A program made the position numbers and the translations under genes. Of a DNA stretch of 64,000 nt, positions 52,797-62,223 are shown piece by piece (the stretch's first letter is position 1; the number at the start of each line of letters is the position of its first letter). Source of the DNA: an uncultured cyanobacterium (lineage in GTDB: Bacteria; Cyanobacteriota; Cyanobacteriia; Cyanobacteriales; CAWCAG01); contig CAWCAG010000007.1 of assembly GCA_963793425.1 (NCBI GenBank), forward strand, positions 64,001 to 128,000. The letters are read 5' to 3'. Under the pieces are notes generated by a model. It saw only the letters and a program-made list of their open reading frames with translations, did no database searches and was not told the origin of the DNA.

Positions 52797-54419
52797 ATGA
52801 AAATTAAAACTACAATTACTTTTTTAAGTTTAGTTATATTACTAACTGCTTGCGGTAATGATTCCACTCAGGATAGTTCCCGTAGTCAAGAAGCAAATGA
52901 TTACGCGGAAGAAGAAACGGCTATTTCTCCAGTGAGATCAGTTCCTCAAGTACAAGTTAATCCTGAATCTGCTCAACTCAGCCAAGAAATAGAAGCTAAT
53001 CGTGAACAATATGAGATTATTAATGATAATCCTTTTAAGCTAGTTCGTAACAACCCTCTTTCTACTTTTTCTATTGATGTTGACGGGGCTTCTTATAGTA
53101 ATGTTCGTCGTTTTATTAATGATGGGCAGCTTCCACCTCCGGATGCAGTGAGGATTGAAGAGTTGATTAATTATTTCACTTACAACTATCCTCAACCTCA
53201 AAGCAATCAACCTTTTTCTCTAACCACAGAAATTGCTAATTCTCCTTGGCATCCTAACCATAAATTAGTTCAAGTTGGTTTACAAGGAAAGGGCATTTCT
53301 ACAGAAGAATTACCTTCTAGTAATTTGGTATTTCTTTTTGATGTTTCTGGTTCTATGGATGAACCAAATAAATTACCTTTGCTTAAGTCAGCTTTTCGTT
53401 TATTGGTGAATGAATTAAATGAAACAGATCGGGTTTCTATTGTTGTTTATGCAGGGGCCGCTGGGGTCGTTTTACCTCCAACTCCTGGAGATGAAAAGGA
53501 TAAAATATTAGAGGCTTTGGAAGAATTACAAGCAGGAGGTTCCACTGCCGGAGGAGATGGTATTCAGCAAGCTTATAAGTTGGCTGAAGATAACTTGATT
53601 AAAGAAGGAAATAATCGAGTAATTTTGGCTACTGATGGTGATTTTAATGTGGGCATTGCTAGGGATGAAGATTTAGTACGACTGATTGAAGAAAAACGAG
53701 AATCAGGGGTGTTTTTAACGGTGTTGGGTTTTGGTACTGGCAATTTTCAAGATGCCAAAATGGAAAAACTTTCTAATTATGGCAATGGTAACTATGCTTA
53801 TATAGATGATGTAGCCGAAGCAAAAAAAGTTCTGGTTAAAGAAATGGGAGGAACTCTGGTAACTATTGCCAAAGATGTCAAGATTCAAGTTGATTTTAAT
53901 CCTGATTTAGTGCAAGGTTATCGTTTAATTGGTTATGAAAATCGTCTTTTACAAGATAGAGATTTTGATGACGATACTAAAGATGCTGGAGAGTTAGGGG
54001 CGGGGCATTCTGTGACTGCACTTTATGAAGTTATTCCTGCTGGAGTTAATAGTAATGTGGAGTTACCAGAGTTGGATACTAATCAGGAAAGGGAAAATAA
54101 AGTTGATACTAATTCCTATAATAACAATGAGTTGATGGCAGTTAAATTGCGTTACAAATTGCCGAAAGAAGATAGTTCTCAACTGATTACCGAAACTGTA
54201 GTTGATAAAAATACTAGTTTGAATGCTGCTTCGGAAGATTTGCGTTTTGCGGCTGCTGTGGCTAGCTTTGGCATGGTATTAAGAAGCTCTCTCTACAAAG
54301 GAGATATGAATTTAAACCAAGTTTTAAACTTAGCTAAAACATCTCAAGGTACAGATTTAGATGGCTATCGTGGAGAGTTTATTGATTTGCTGGGAAAGGT
54401 ACAGGGTTTGGACAAGTAA
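52797..54419 (+). CDS. vWA domain lipoprotein (YfbK/DUF3520 type)
   Basis: Lipobox LTAC, STFSIDVD, MIDAS DVSGSM, ATDGDFNVG, IAKDVK, YRLIGYENR and DAGELGAGH. Confidence 0.9.
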   Translation: MKIKTTITFLSLVILLTACGNDSTQDSSRSQEANDYAEEETAISPVRSVPQVQVNPESAQLSQEIEANREQYEIINDNPFKLVRNNPLSTFSIDVDGASYSNVRRFINDGQLPPPDAVRIEELINYFTYNYPQPQSNQPFSLTTEIANSPWHPNHKLVQVGLQGKGISTEELPSSNLVFLFDVSGSMDEPNKLPLLKSAFRLLVNELNETDRVSIVVYAGAAGVVLPPTPGDEKDKILEALEELQAGGSTAGGDGIQQAYKLAEDNLIKEGNNRVILATDGDFNVGIARDEDLVRLIEEKRESGVFLTVLGFGTGNFQDAKMEKLSNYGNGNYAYIDDVAEAKKVLVKEMGGTLVTIAKDVKIQVDFNPDLVQGYRLIGYENRLLQDRDFDDDTKDAGELGAGHSVTALYEVIPAGVNSNVELPELDTNQERENKVDTNSYNNNELMAVKLRYKLPKEDSSQLITETVVDKNTSLNAASEDLRFAAAVASFGMVLRSSLYKGDMNLNQVLNLAKTSQGTDLDGYRGEFIDLLGKVQGLDK

Positions 54420-54521
54420 GAGGTAATAGGTAATAGGTAGTGGGTGTGATAAATTAGTTTGGTTTCAGAAATTAAATATACAGGTTTTGTAGAAATATTT
54501 AAGTTTAATAAGGGTAAAATA

Positions 54522-56435
54522 ATGAATAAGTTTGTGTCGAGAATAGCTGCGATTTTAAGCTCATTTTGTTTAGGTTTAAGTTTGGCGATCGCAACAGAAA
54601 TCTCTATTAATCCTGCTGTTGCACAAGAAGCAGAATTAACAGCAGAAGATGAGCAGTTTCAATCTCTTGAAGCAATCAGTAAAGAATATGAATGTAGCGA
54701 AGCAATTATCAAGCAAGAAACTATAAACCGTGAAGATTTTGCTCTTGCTGTTGAGAATTGCTTAAACAAATTAGAAGAAATCAAAAATCAAGGTGATGCC
54801 AGTATTATTTCTCCTGAAGATGTAGCCGTGTTGCAACAGTTACAACAGGAATTTAAGCCTATCTTAGGAGTTGTTGAAGCAGAAGTAGTGGGACGTAGAG
54901 ATTTGCCTTCTCCCGTTATTCAGTTGAGAACACTGAGAAGAGTAAGTCGTAACAGTGGTGGTATTACGGCTCTTCCTCCTTCTCCTAATAACAATTTACC
55001 CGAAGATTTTAATCGTGAAGAATACAATCCTATTGACGAAAATCCTTTCTTCCGAGCTACAGATAAACCTTTATCTACTTTTTCTATTGATGTAGATACA
55101 GCCTCCTATAGCAACCTCAGACGCTTCATTAAAGAAGGAAGTTTACCACCGAAAGATGCTGTCAGAATTGAAGAACTGATTAATTATTTTACTTATAACT
55201 ATCCTCAACCAGAAGGTGAACAACCATTCTCCTTAACCACAGAAATAGCCCAAGCACCTTGGAATAAAGAACATAAATTAGTTCATATCGGCTTGCAAGG
55301 AAAACGCATCGCACAACAGAATCTTCCTCCTAGTAACTTAGTCTTTTTGTTAGATGTTTCTGGTTCTATGAATTCCCCTGACAAACTGCCTTTATTAAAA
55401 TCAGCTTTCCAGTTATTAGTTAATGAATTGGATGAGAGCGATCGCGTGACTATTGTTGTCTATGCGGGGGCCGCAGGAGTAGTTTTACCTCCTACTCCTG
55501 GCAACCAAAAAGATACAATTATTGCTGCTATAAATAGTTTGGAAGCCGGAGGTTCAACCGCAGGGGGAGAAGGAATTAATCTGGCTTATAAACTTGCTCA
55601 AGATAACTTTATTAAATCAGGAAATAACCGCGTTATTTTGGCCACAGATGGAGATTTTAATATTGGTGTTTCCAGTGAAGCAGGATTAGTTCGTTTAATT
55701 GAAGAAAAGCGCCGCGATGGTATTTTCCTGACTACATTAGGTTTTGGTACGGGAAACTTACAAGATGCCAAAATGGAACAATTAGCGAATAAAGGTAACG
55801 GCAATTATGCTTATATAGATAGCCTTTTAGAAGCCAGAAAAGTACTCGTAAGCGAAATGGGAGCAACTCTATTAACCATCGCCAAAGATGTTAAATTGCA
55901 AGTAGAATTCAACCCCGAAAAAGTCCAAGCTTATCGCTTAATTGGTTACGAAAATCGCCTCTTGCAAGACCAAGATTTTAATGATGATACTAAAGATGCC
56001 GGGGAGTTAGGGGCAGGACATTCAGTAACAGCACTTTATGAAATTATTCCAGTAGGAGTAGAAACGGATCTAGAATTACCAGAAATAGATCCCCTACGCT
56101 ACCAAACTCCTCCTGGAAATGCAGAAAACTCTATGGGGAACGAATTACTCAACGTAAAATTACGTTACAAAGAACCCCAAGGAGAAACATCCCAACTCAT
56201 TACCAATCCCCTTACCGACGCGGATGTCATACTAGAACAAGCTTCTAATGATTTTAAATTTTCTGCTGCTGTAGCAGCCTACGGCATGATGTTAAGGGAA
56301 TCCCAGTATAAAGGAGCAACTAGCTTCAACCAAATATTAGAATTAGCCAGGGCAGGAAAAGGAGAAGATCAAGAAGGATATCGCCAAAAATTCATTCTTA
56401 TGGTGGAAGATACCAGGAAATTGGCTTTAGAATAA
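54522..56435 (+). CDS. vWA domain protein (YfbK type) with N-terminal porin-type SLH-like segment
   Basis: Sec signal ending AVA, an SLH-like segment FQSLEAISKEYEC...NREDFALAVENCL...EDVAVLQQLQQEF, then the same vWA motifs as the upstream paralog. ATG at 54522. Confidence 0.88.
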   Translation: MNKFVSRIAAILSSFCLGLSLAIATEISINPAVAQEAELTAEDEQFQSLEAISKEYECSEAIIKQETINREDFALAVENCLNKLEEIKNQGDASIISPEDVAVLQQLQQEFKPILGVVEAEVVGRRDLPSPVIQLRTLRRVSRNSGGITALPPSPNNNLPEDFNREEYNPIDENPFFRATDKPLSTFSIDVDTASYSNLRRFIKEGSLPPKDAVRIEELINYFTYNYPQPEGEQPFSLTTEIAQAPWNKEHKLVHIGLQGKRIAQQNLPPSNLVFLLDVSGSMNSPDKLPLLKSAFQLLVNELDESDRVTIVVYAGAAGVVLPPTPGNQKDTIIAAINSLEAGGSTAGGEGINLAYKLAQDNFIKSGNNRVILATDGDFNIGVSSEAGLVRLIEEKRRDGIFLTTLGFGTGNLQDAKMEQLANKGNGNYAYIDSLLEARKVLVSEMGATLLTIAKDVKLQVEFNPEKVQAYRLIGYENRLLQDQDFNDDTKDAGELGAGHSVTALYEIIPVGVETDLELPEIDPLRYQTPPGNAENSMGNELLNVKLRYKEPQGETSQLITNPLTDADVILEQASNDFKFSAAVAAYGMMLRESQYKGATSFNQILELARAGKGEDQEGYRQKFILMVEDTRKLALE

Positions 56436-56658
56436 CGATGCTTTTGCCCTGGGGGAAAGTTTTCCCAATTGCCCTAAACGAATATTGGTGCTACCATTCA
56501 TCAAGACAAATGGGTCTGAAAATTCGTTTGTCTAAAACGGCTTTTCTTGTACAATCAAAGTCGAGTAAATTTTAGTTATAATTTTTTTGAAACCCAAGGT
56601 GAATCCAGAACTAACCAAAAGGTCTGCATTCGGCCGTAGTGTGAGGGAAAGAAAATAA

Positions 56659-57288
56659 ATGAGTGATACTACGGCATTCTTAACCGGGTGCGCTATGGCA
56701 GGAGTTGCCACTCTCCTTTTGTTTAGAGGAGGGGAAGGAGTTGGGCAACTTAGTTTCCCAGTTCAAACTCAACCTGGCACACCAACAGTCACCACTGATC
56801 CTTTAGCATTAAGCCCAACGCCTTCTGATCCGGCAACAGTGGCTCTCAATGTCGATCCGCAGCTAAGAACCTATCTAGAGAAACAAAGAGTTGCTACAGA
56901 GCAACTGATGACAGAATTAGAACAGCAAAAAACGGCAACAGAGCAACTTAAATTACAGCTTGACCAACAAAACGCGGAGACAAAACAAGTCCTCGAACAA
57001 GTACAAAGCCAACAAGTCACCCCAGAAGCCCTAGAACAAGCAAAAACCTTTCAAACGGGTATGATTTGGGCTGTAGGGGGTATAGTAGTTGTTTTAGTGG
57101 TAGTTGGTAGCGTTTTGTTAATCGGTTTAATTGCGATCGCTGCCCAACCAAAACGGAATCCTCGCACCACCCATGTTTTCCATCCGATGAATTTACCCAC
57201 TTCCCAAGCTTTACCAGGAAGGCATCCAGAGTTAGCTTCTCCTCGTAGAACAAGGTATATTCAAAACATTGAGCGAGATGACTATTAA
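56659..57288 (+). CDS. PatN-like membrane protein ('heterocyst differentiation related')
   Basis: MSDTTAFLTGCAMAGVATLLL start, Pro-rich linker, Gln-rich coiled coil, TM segment IWAVGG..., then RTTHVFHP. Architecture recalled for PatN. Confidence 0.55.
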   Translation: MSDTTAFLTGCAMAGVATLLLFRGGEGVGQLSFPVQTQPGTPTVTTDPLALSPTPSDPATVALNVDPQLRTYLEKQRVATEQLMTELEQQKTATEQLKLQLDQQNAETKQVLEQVQSQQVTPEALEQAKTFQTGMIWAVGGIVVVLVVVGSVLLIGLIAIAAQPKRNPRTTHVFHPMNLPTSQALPGRHPELASPRRTRYIQNIERDDY

Positions 57289-57291
57289 ATT

Positions 57292-57330
57292 AAGTAATAG
57301 GTAATAAGTAATAGGTAATAAGTAATAAGT
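57292..57330. repeat. STRR heptamer array (GTAATA(A/G))
   Basis: About five tandem units. Confidence 0.75.
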
Positions 57331-57440
57331 TTACTTTTTTACTTGCTGGATTTAATTTCGTTTTTTACCTACTATTTTGTTAGTTACTTATTACCTAACT
57401 TCTATCTTTTAATTTACCTAAAATGAGACAAGTTCAGTTT

Positions 57441-58124
57441 TTAGTATAGGTCGCCTACCTTTGTTTTAATTAGTGCATCATTAGCAGCTTGCTTTTCTGC
57501 TTCTTTCTTACTACGACCTTTCCCTTCACCACAGAGTTTGTTATTGGCATAAACCTTAGAAAGAAACTCCGGAGCATGATCTAATCCGCCAACTTTTTTA
57601 GTTACATACTTAGGTGGGACAACTGCACCATTAGCTTGAACAAATTCTTGAAACTGATTCTTTGAATCCACCCCTGAACGAACTATAACAATGTCTTGAG
57701 GTACAGAATTAAATAGTTCTTCTATCAAGGGACGAAGGGCTTCTATATCCCGATTATTATCTAAATAATAAGCTCCTACAACTGCCTCAAAAGTACTACT
57801 AAGCAAATTTGGATTGTGATAGCCACCTTCTTCAATTGCACCTCTTCCTAGACGCATTCTGAAGTCTAAGCCAATTTCAGTTGCAAATCTGGCAAGCTGT
57901 TTTTCATCCACAAGGGCTGATCGTCGCCGTGTCATCTCTCCCTCTGTCATTTCAGGATTGAGTTGATATAAATACTCACCACTAATGAAATTAAGAATTG
58001 CGTCACCCAGAAACTCTAATCGTTCGTTATGTCCTATCTTTTCATAAGTTTCGTTGATATAAGAACGATGAGTTAACGCCTGACGAAGTAATTTGTCGTT
58101 TTTGAACATCAAAATTTTATGCAT
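57441..58124 (-). CDS. rnc: Ribonuclease III
   Basis: ALTHRSY, NERLEFLGDA, FEAVVGAYY and a C-terminal dsRBD (KNQFQE...GKGRSKKEAEKQAA). Confidence 0.93.
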   Translation of the reverse strand: MHKILMFKNDKLLRQALTHRSYINETYEKIGHNERLEFLGDAILNFISGEYLYQLNPEMTEGEMTRRRSALVDEKQLARFATEIGLDFRMRLGRGAIEEGGYHNPNLLSSTFEAVVGAYYLDNNRDIEALRPLIEELFNSVPQDIVIVRSGVDSKNQFQEFVQANGAVVPPKYVTKKVGGLDHAPEFLSKVYANNKLCGEGKGRSKKEAEKQAANDALIKTKVGDLY

Positions 58125-58299
58125 ATTTCCTCCTCACTGCCTTGATTAGAAATATAATCAAGAATATTTGGATTTGAACTAAGCAAATTGTGGATTTTTC
58201 TTAATAGTTACAATTGCTTCTGTATGTATTTTTCAAAAGTGGAAATAGCCTCTTTCCACAATCTTTATTACACTCGCGAAAAATATCTACGATTAGATT

Positions 58300-58626
58300 T
58301 TAGACACGAGAAATAGTCTTAACTTCAATCTCAACATCAAGTTTTTTACGAAGGAGACCAAGAGTAGCCGTCAGAATATTCATTGTAGGATTACCTTTTG
58401 CAGATAACATCTGGTAAAGACTTTCACTTGTTTCAGATGTTTCAATTGCGAGTTTTTCAAAACCTACAGTTGCCTTTACAAGCTCTCTCAAAATCAGTCT
58501 TGCAGTTTCTGGTTCACCATTAAGAAAAAGGAAAACAGCTTCATCAAGTAAAGCTACTGCAAATGTAGAGTCTCGTTGGACTCGCACATTAACTGTTTCT
58601 TTGAAATCTCTTGTTAAGTTCATCAT
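58300..58626 (-). CDS. Addiction-module antidote (HTH) antitoxin
   Basis: TRDFKETV, ALLDEA, LRELVKATVGFEKLA and SLYQMLSAKGNPT; directly downstream of the toxin. Confidence 0.85.
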   Translation of the reverse strand: MMNLTRDFKETVNVRVQRDSTFAVALLDEAVFLFLNGEPETARLILRELVKATVGFEKLAIETSETSESLYQMLSAKGNPTMNILTATLGLLRKKLDVEIEVKTISRV

Positions 58627-58635
58627 TTTTAGCTC

Positions 58636-59034
58636 TTACTCTTTCTTCTTTTTTTCTATTTTTCGTGTTGCAGCTTTCTTGCGTTTTTTATACTCTTGGT
58701 GCATTTCTTTTGCTCGATTAATATCAGATTGCTGGCTTTTTTTCGTTCCGCCTCCAAACAAAACGATGAGTTTTTTACCATCCTGAGCAAGGTAAATTCT
58801 ATACCCTGGCCCCCAATCAATTTTATATTCGCCTATTCCCTCAAACCATTTTACGTTTGATGTGTTACCTGATTCTAAACGAAAATTAGCAGCCGCCACC
58901 TTAGCTGCGGCTTGAGAATTTAGTTGCTCAAACCACTTTTGATAAGGACTTGAACCATCTTCTCTAATATATTCTCGGACTTGTATCTTATCAGAAAGTT
59001 GAGGTTCTTCTGTTTTTTGGGGTTCATCATTCAT
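58636..59034 (-). CDS. RelE/ParE-superfamily addiction-module killer toxin (toxin-first operon)
   Basis: EYIREDGSSPYQKWF, GIGEYKIDWGPGYRIY and LFGGGTKKSQQSDI. ATG at 59034. Confidence 0.88.
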   Translation of the reverse strand: MNDEPQKTEEPQLSDKIQVREYIREDGSSPYQKWFEQLNSQAAAKVAAANFRLESGNTSNVKWFEGIGEYKIDWGPGYRIYLAQDGKKLIVLFGGGTKKSQQSDINRAKEMHQEYKKRKKAATRKIEKKKKE

Positions 59035-59138
59035 AGCTGATTTTTTCTCAAAGAAGTTAATCAGCATCGGAATATCAAATATATGAAGAAGTCTTCGCTA
59101 AAACAAGCGAGAAAATAACTTCCTATTTTCTTGTTAAA

Positions 59139-59295
59139 GTCTAAAGCCTACAATCTCTAAGCCTCAAACAAGGCATCTCTATGATGCTGAGCTAGCAGGT
59201 ATTTACTTTCAATAACTACCTCAAGCTTAAACATATGCTAAACCAGAATACTGGATATACATTAGTCTGAGGCCAAGAGATTGTAGACTTGAGAC
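59139..59295. repeat. 31-bp imperfect inverted repeat pair upstream of the TA operon
   Basis: 59139-59169 versus the reverse complement of 59265-59295: 26 of 31 identical. Confidence 0.7.
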
Positions 59296-59429
59296 GAGAA
59301 CCGAAATTCTAATATTCTTCATGCTTTTACTCCATTATCTACAAAAACATTTTCTTGTCAATACTTTTTTATAGTGGAATTTTAGCAATTCGGTTATCTT
59401 GTACTCTTCATTTTTTAACTCTCTATAAG

Positions 59430-59632
59430 GCTGGTTGACCGACAAAACTTGTACGAGCTTTATCATACAAAGCTCTTAGCAATTCTGCATTTAGTTTGCT
59501 AGAACTAAGTCTTGGCAAAAACCAGAGGACTTTAGCTATTAAGTTAATTACACTTTGCGATCGCCTAAAAGATTCTAAATCATAGAACGTTTGTAGAACA
59601 AAGTTTTCAGAAGCTTTTGTCAGTCAATTAGC
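59430..59632. mobile_element. Degenerate MITE-like element (~203 bp)
   Basis: GCTGGTTGACCGACAAAA and TTTTGTCAGTCAATTAGC match at 15 of 18 positions; similarity extends inward to about 48 bp. Confidence 0.5.
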
Positions 59633-59734
59633 TTTCGCCATTGTCCTTAATTTTAGAGGCGATAACACGAAGAGATATCCACCGACGATAACTTTTTTCG
59701 TTTATTGCGTTTGTATTGTCTCTACTTCTTTTTC

Positions 59735-62083
59735 TCACTTTTGCTGATCAATTTCAATCTTTAATTCTGCTAACTGCTGCTTCAAAACCGCCTCTTCTTG
59801 CTTACGCTTACTAATATTTTGAATAATGCCTTCATAGTAAAGTAACTTACCGCTAGTATCCCTAACACTGCGAGTATTTTCTTCTACCCAAATAACACTG
59901 CCATCTTGTCGATAAACTTGATATTCAAAACCTTGAACTTCGTCATTTTCTGCCATTAATGCTTGAAACTTTTCTCGACAGTTAGAATCTACATAAATTT
60001 CTTGACCAATTGCTGTTATGCTAACAATCATTTCTTGGGGAGAATTGTAACCATAAATGTTTGCCATAGCAGGATTAACACTCAGATAACGTCCATCGGG
60101 AGTTGATTGAAAAATCCCTTCTAAAGCATTCTCAAAAATGCTCCGATAATTCTCTTCGGCAATACGTAAAGCTTCTTGTGTTTGCTTGCGATCGCTAATA
60201 TCAAAAATTGCTCCGTCTAAGTAAAGAAGATTACCTTCCTCATCAAAACTCCCTCTACCCTTTTCATAAACCCAGCGAATACTGCCATCTTGATGACGAA
60301 TGCGATACTCCAAAATAAAAGGTTGCTGTTTTTGTAAAGCGGTACGAATAGTCAGTGCTACAGATTCGCGATCCTCTGGTTCGATGATGCTGGAGTAGGT
60401 ACAATTTTGGTTATTAATAAAATCTGTTGCGGGATAACCAGAAATTTCTCCTATAGCATCGCTGATAAATTCCATCGTCCATGAAGCATCGCAACGACAG
60501 CGATAAATAGCCCCAGGAAGATTAAAAATTAAGCTACGGAATCTTTCTTCATTTTCTCTCAGGGCTTCTTCTGCTAACTTACGTTCAGTAATATTCAAGC
60601 CAAAAGAAACAATAGAACGTCCTTGTTGATATTTCTGAGCAATAATTAAATAATAACTGCGAGTACCATTAACATTTACTTCAATAGTATGGGAACCAGC
60701 TTTCTGGGAACCAGCAATAAACTGACCTATAAATTCCGTAAAATCTGGACTAATATTGAGAAATCCTATTCCTTTGTTTGTGAAGTCTTCAGGGGTCAAG
60801 TTTAAGCTTTCGGCCATATACTTATTAACCCCCAAATAATAACCTTCAGAGCTAATCCAAGCGATGGAACCAGGTACAGCATCTAAAACAGCCTCCAGTT
60901 GTTCTTTCGCTTCCTGTAGCGACTCCTCAGCCCGTTTGCGATCAGTGATATCGTGTAAAGCAGTGAGGATAGTTGTTTCGCCTCGATAACGCAAAGGTCG
61001 TAGGGAAACAGAAGCCCAGAAAATTAGACCATTAGCCCTGCGTAAACGGAGTTCATGACTCTGTACTAACCCAGTTTGCTCATACATCTCGACTAGCTTT
61101 TCGCGATCAGCCAAGTTCCAATAAAAATCAGAGGTAGAATAGTTTAGTAAATCTTCAATCTTTAAGCAAAGAACGTTGCTAGCGGCCCCGTTACCATAGA
61201 GAATTTTTCCCTCTCCTGGTTGCGAAATAATTACAGGTACTGGAGTTGCTTCGGCGATCGCTTTGAACTGTTCTTCACTTTCTCGCCGAACTTCTTCTGC
61301 TTCATCTTGCAATTCAGCTTCCATGAAACTAGAATGATCCGTCGTTGTCTCTAACAAAAGTTCTAAGTCAGCTTTTTCTTGCTTAATCTCTTCTAATTCT
61401 TGATTAAGACCGTCAATTTCTTTTAAAAGTTGTGAAAGCTCTTCTTTTTGAGTTGTGTTTTTATTACTACCAGCTAGCAACGCTGCTGCCGCTTGTACCC
61501 GTTCCATTTGCTGCACATACCTAACCCTCTGTTGCTGTTGATCCACAGGTTGTAGGTTAGCTTGGTTAAGGGCAGCGTTCCCCGTTTCCAGCATGGTTAG
61601 GGCTAAACTATAAATTTGTCCTTGGGCAACCAATAATTTATGGCAATCTAGCAATTTGTAGTTATTTTGCTCAACTTCTACAACTATCGGTTCGTAAAGC
61701 AAATGGGATGGTCTTTGCAAACATTGTTGGGCTGCGTCACAAATTAGAGTTTGAACGGGTAAAATGAGGTCTTGCTGATTAGTTGAAGAGTATAAAGATT
61801 GTATTGAGCGTCGTAAAAAGATTTCCCGACCATATTGGCGACTGAGAATTTCAAAAAACTTGCGTCGCGAAATCATACCCACAAAACTCTCATCATCGGT
61901 AACAATTACCCCAGAAAGTAAAGGGTTAGTTTCTAAAGCGAGTAGAAGTTCTTTACCCAAGCAAGAAATATCAATCTGAAAATCTTCTAGGGCAAGCTGT
62001 TGTAGGTTTGAGTCTAGAGTTAAACCGGACAATGACTGATTAGAGACTTCAGAGGGAATAGTAAACTCATTTGTCTCAAACAT
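59735..62083 (-). CDS. CBS-like, coiled-coil and four-PAS sensor protein with no output domain
   Basis: N-terminal GVIV...GMISRRKF...LLYEPIVV segment and four PAS/PAC repeats. Ends at EIDQQK*. Confidence 0.8.
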   Translation of the reverse strand: MFETNEFTIPSEVSNQSLSGLTLDSNLQQLALEDFQIDISCLGKELLLALETNPLLSGVIVTDDESFVGMISRRKFFEILSRQYGREIFLRRSIQSLYSSTNQQDLILPVQTLICDAAQQCLQRPSHLLYEPIVVEVEQNNYKLLDCHKLLVAQGQIYSLALTMLETGNAALNQANLQPVDQQQQRVRYVQQMERVQAAAALLAGSNKNTTQKEELSQLLKEIDGLNQELEEIKQEKADLELLLETTTDHSSFMEAELQDEAEEVRRESEEQFKAIAEATPVPVIISQPGEGKILYGNGAASNVLCLKIEDLLNYSTSDFYWNLADREKLVEMYEQTGLVQSHELRLRRANGLIFWASVSLRPLRYRGETTILTALHDITDRKRAEESLQEAKEQLEAVLDAVPGSIAWISSEGYYLGVNKYMAESLNLTPEDFTNKGIGFLNISPDFTEFIGQFIAGSQKAGSHTIEVNVNGTRSYYLIIAQKYQQGRSIVSFGLNITERKLAEEALRENEERFRSLIFNLPGAIYRCRCDASWTMEFISDAIGEISGYPATDFINNQNCTYSSIIEPEDRESVALTIRTALQKQQPFILEYRIRHQDGSIRWVYEKGRGSFDEEGNLLYLDGAIFDISDRKQTQEALRIAEENYRSIFENALEGIFQSTPDGRYLSVNPAMANIYGYNSPQEMIVSITAIGQEIYVDSNCREKFQALMAENDEVQGFEYQVYRQDGSVIWVEENTRSVRDTSGKLLYYEGIIQNISKRKQEEAVLKQQLAELKIEIDQQK

Positions 62084-62223
62084 AGTTCGATCAAATAATG
62101 AGCAGGGAATTATTTTCTGTCGATTTTATTCTAAAACGATTCCCCTGATTTGAGGTGAACTCTTTTCTCTTGCTCCTCATTGAAGAGTACAATTTTCATA
62201 AAATAGTTTGTTCTGCCCCAAAA

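Noticed and set aside
56604..56609. TCCAGA upstream of the PatN-like gene as a DIF1 motif
   Set aside because: One mismatch and no G(T/A)ANA at the 18-nt spacing.
59158..59233. MFKLEVVIESKYLLAQHHRDALFEA* as a remnant of a TIGR02391-like gene
   Set aside because: Only 25 codons with weak resemblance, and it overlaps the inverted-repeat unit.
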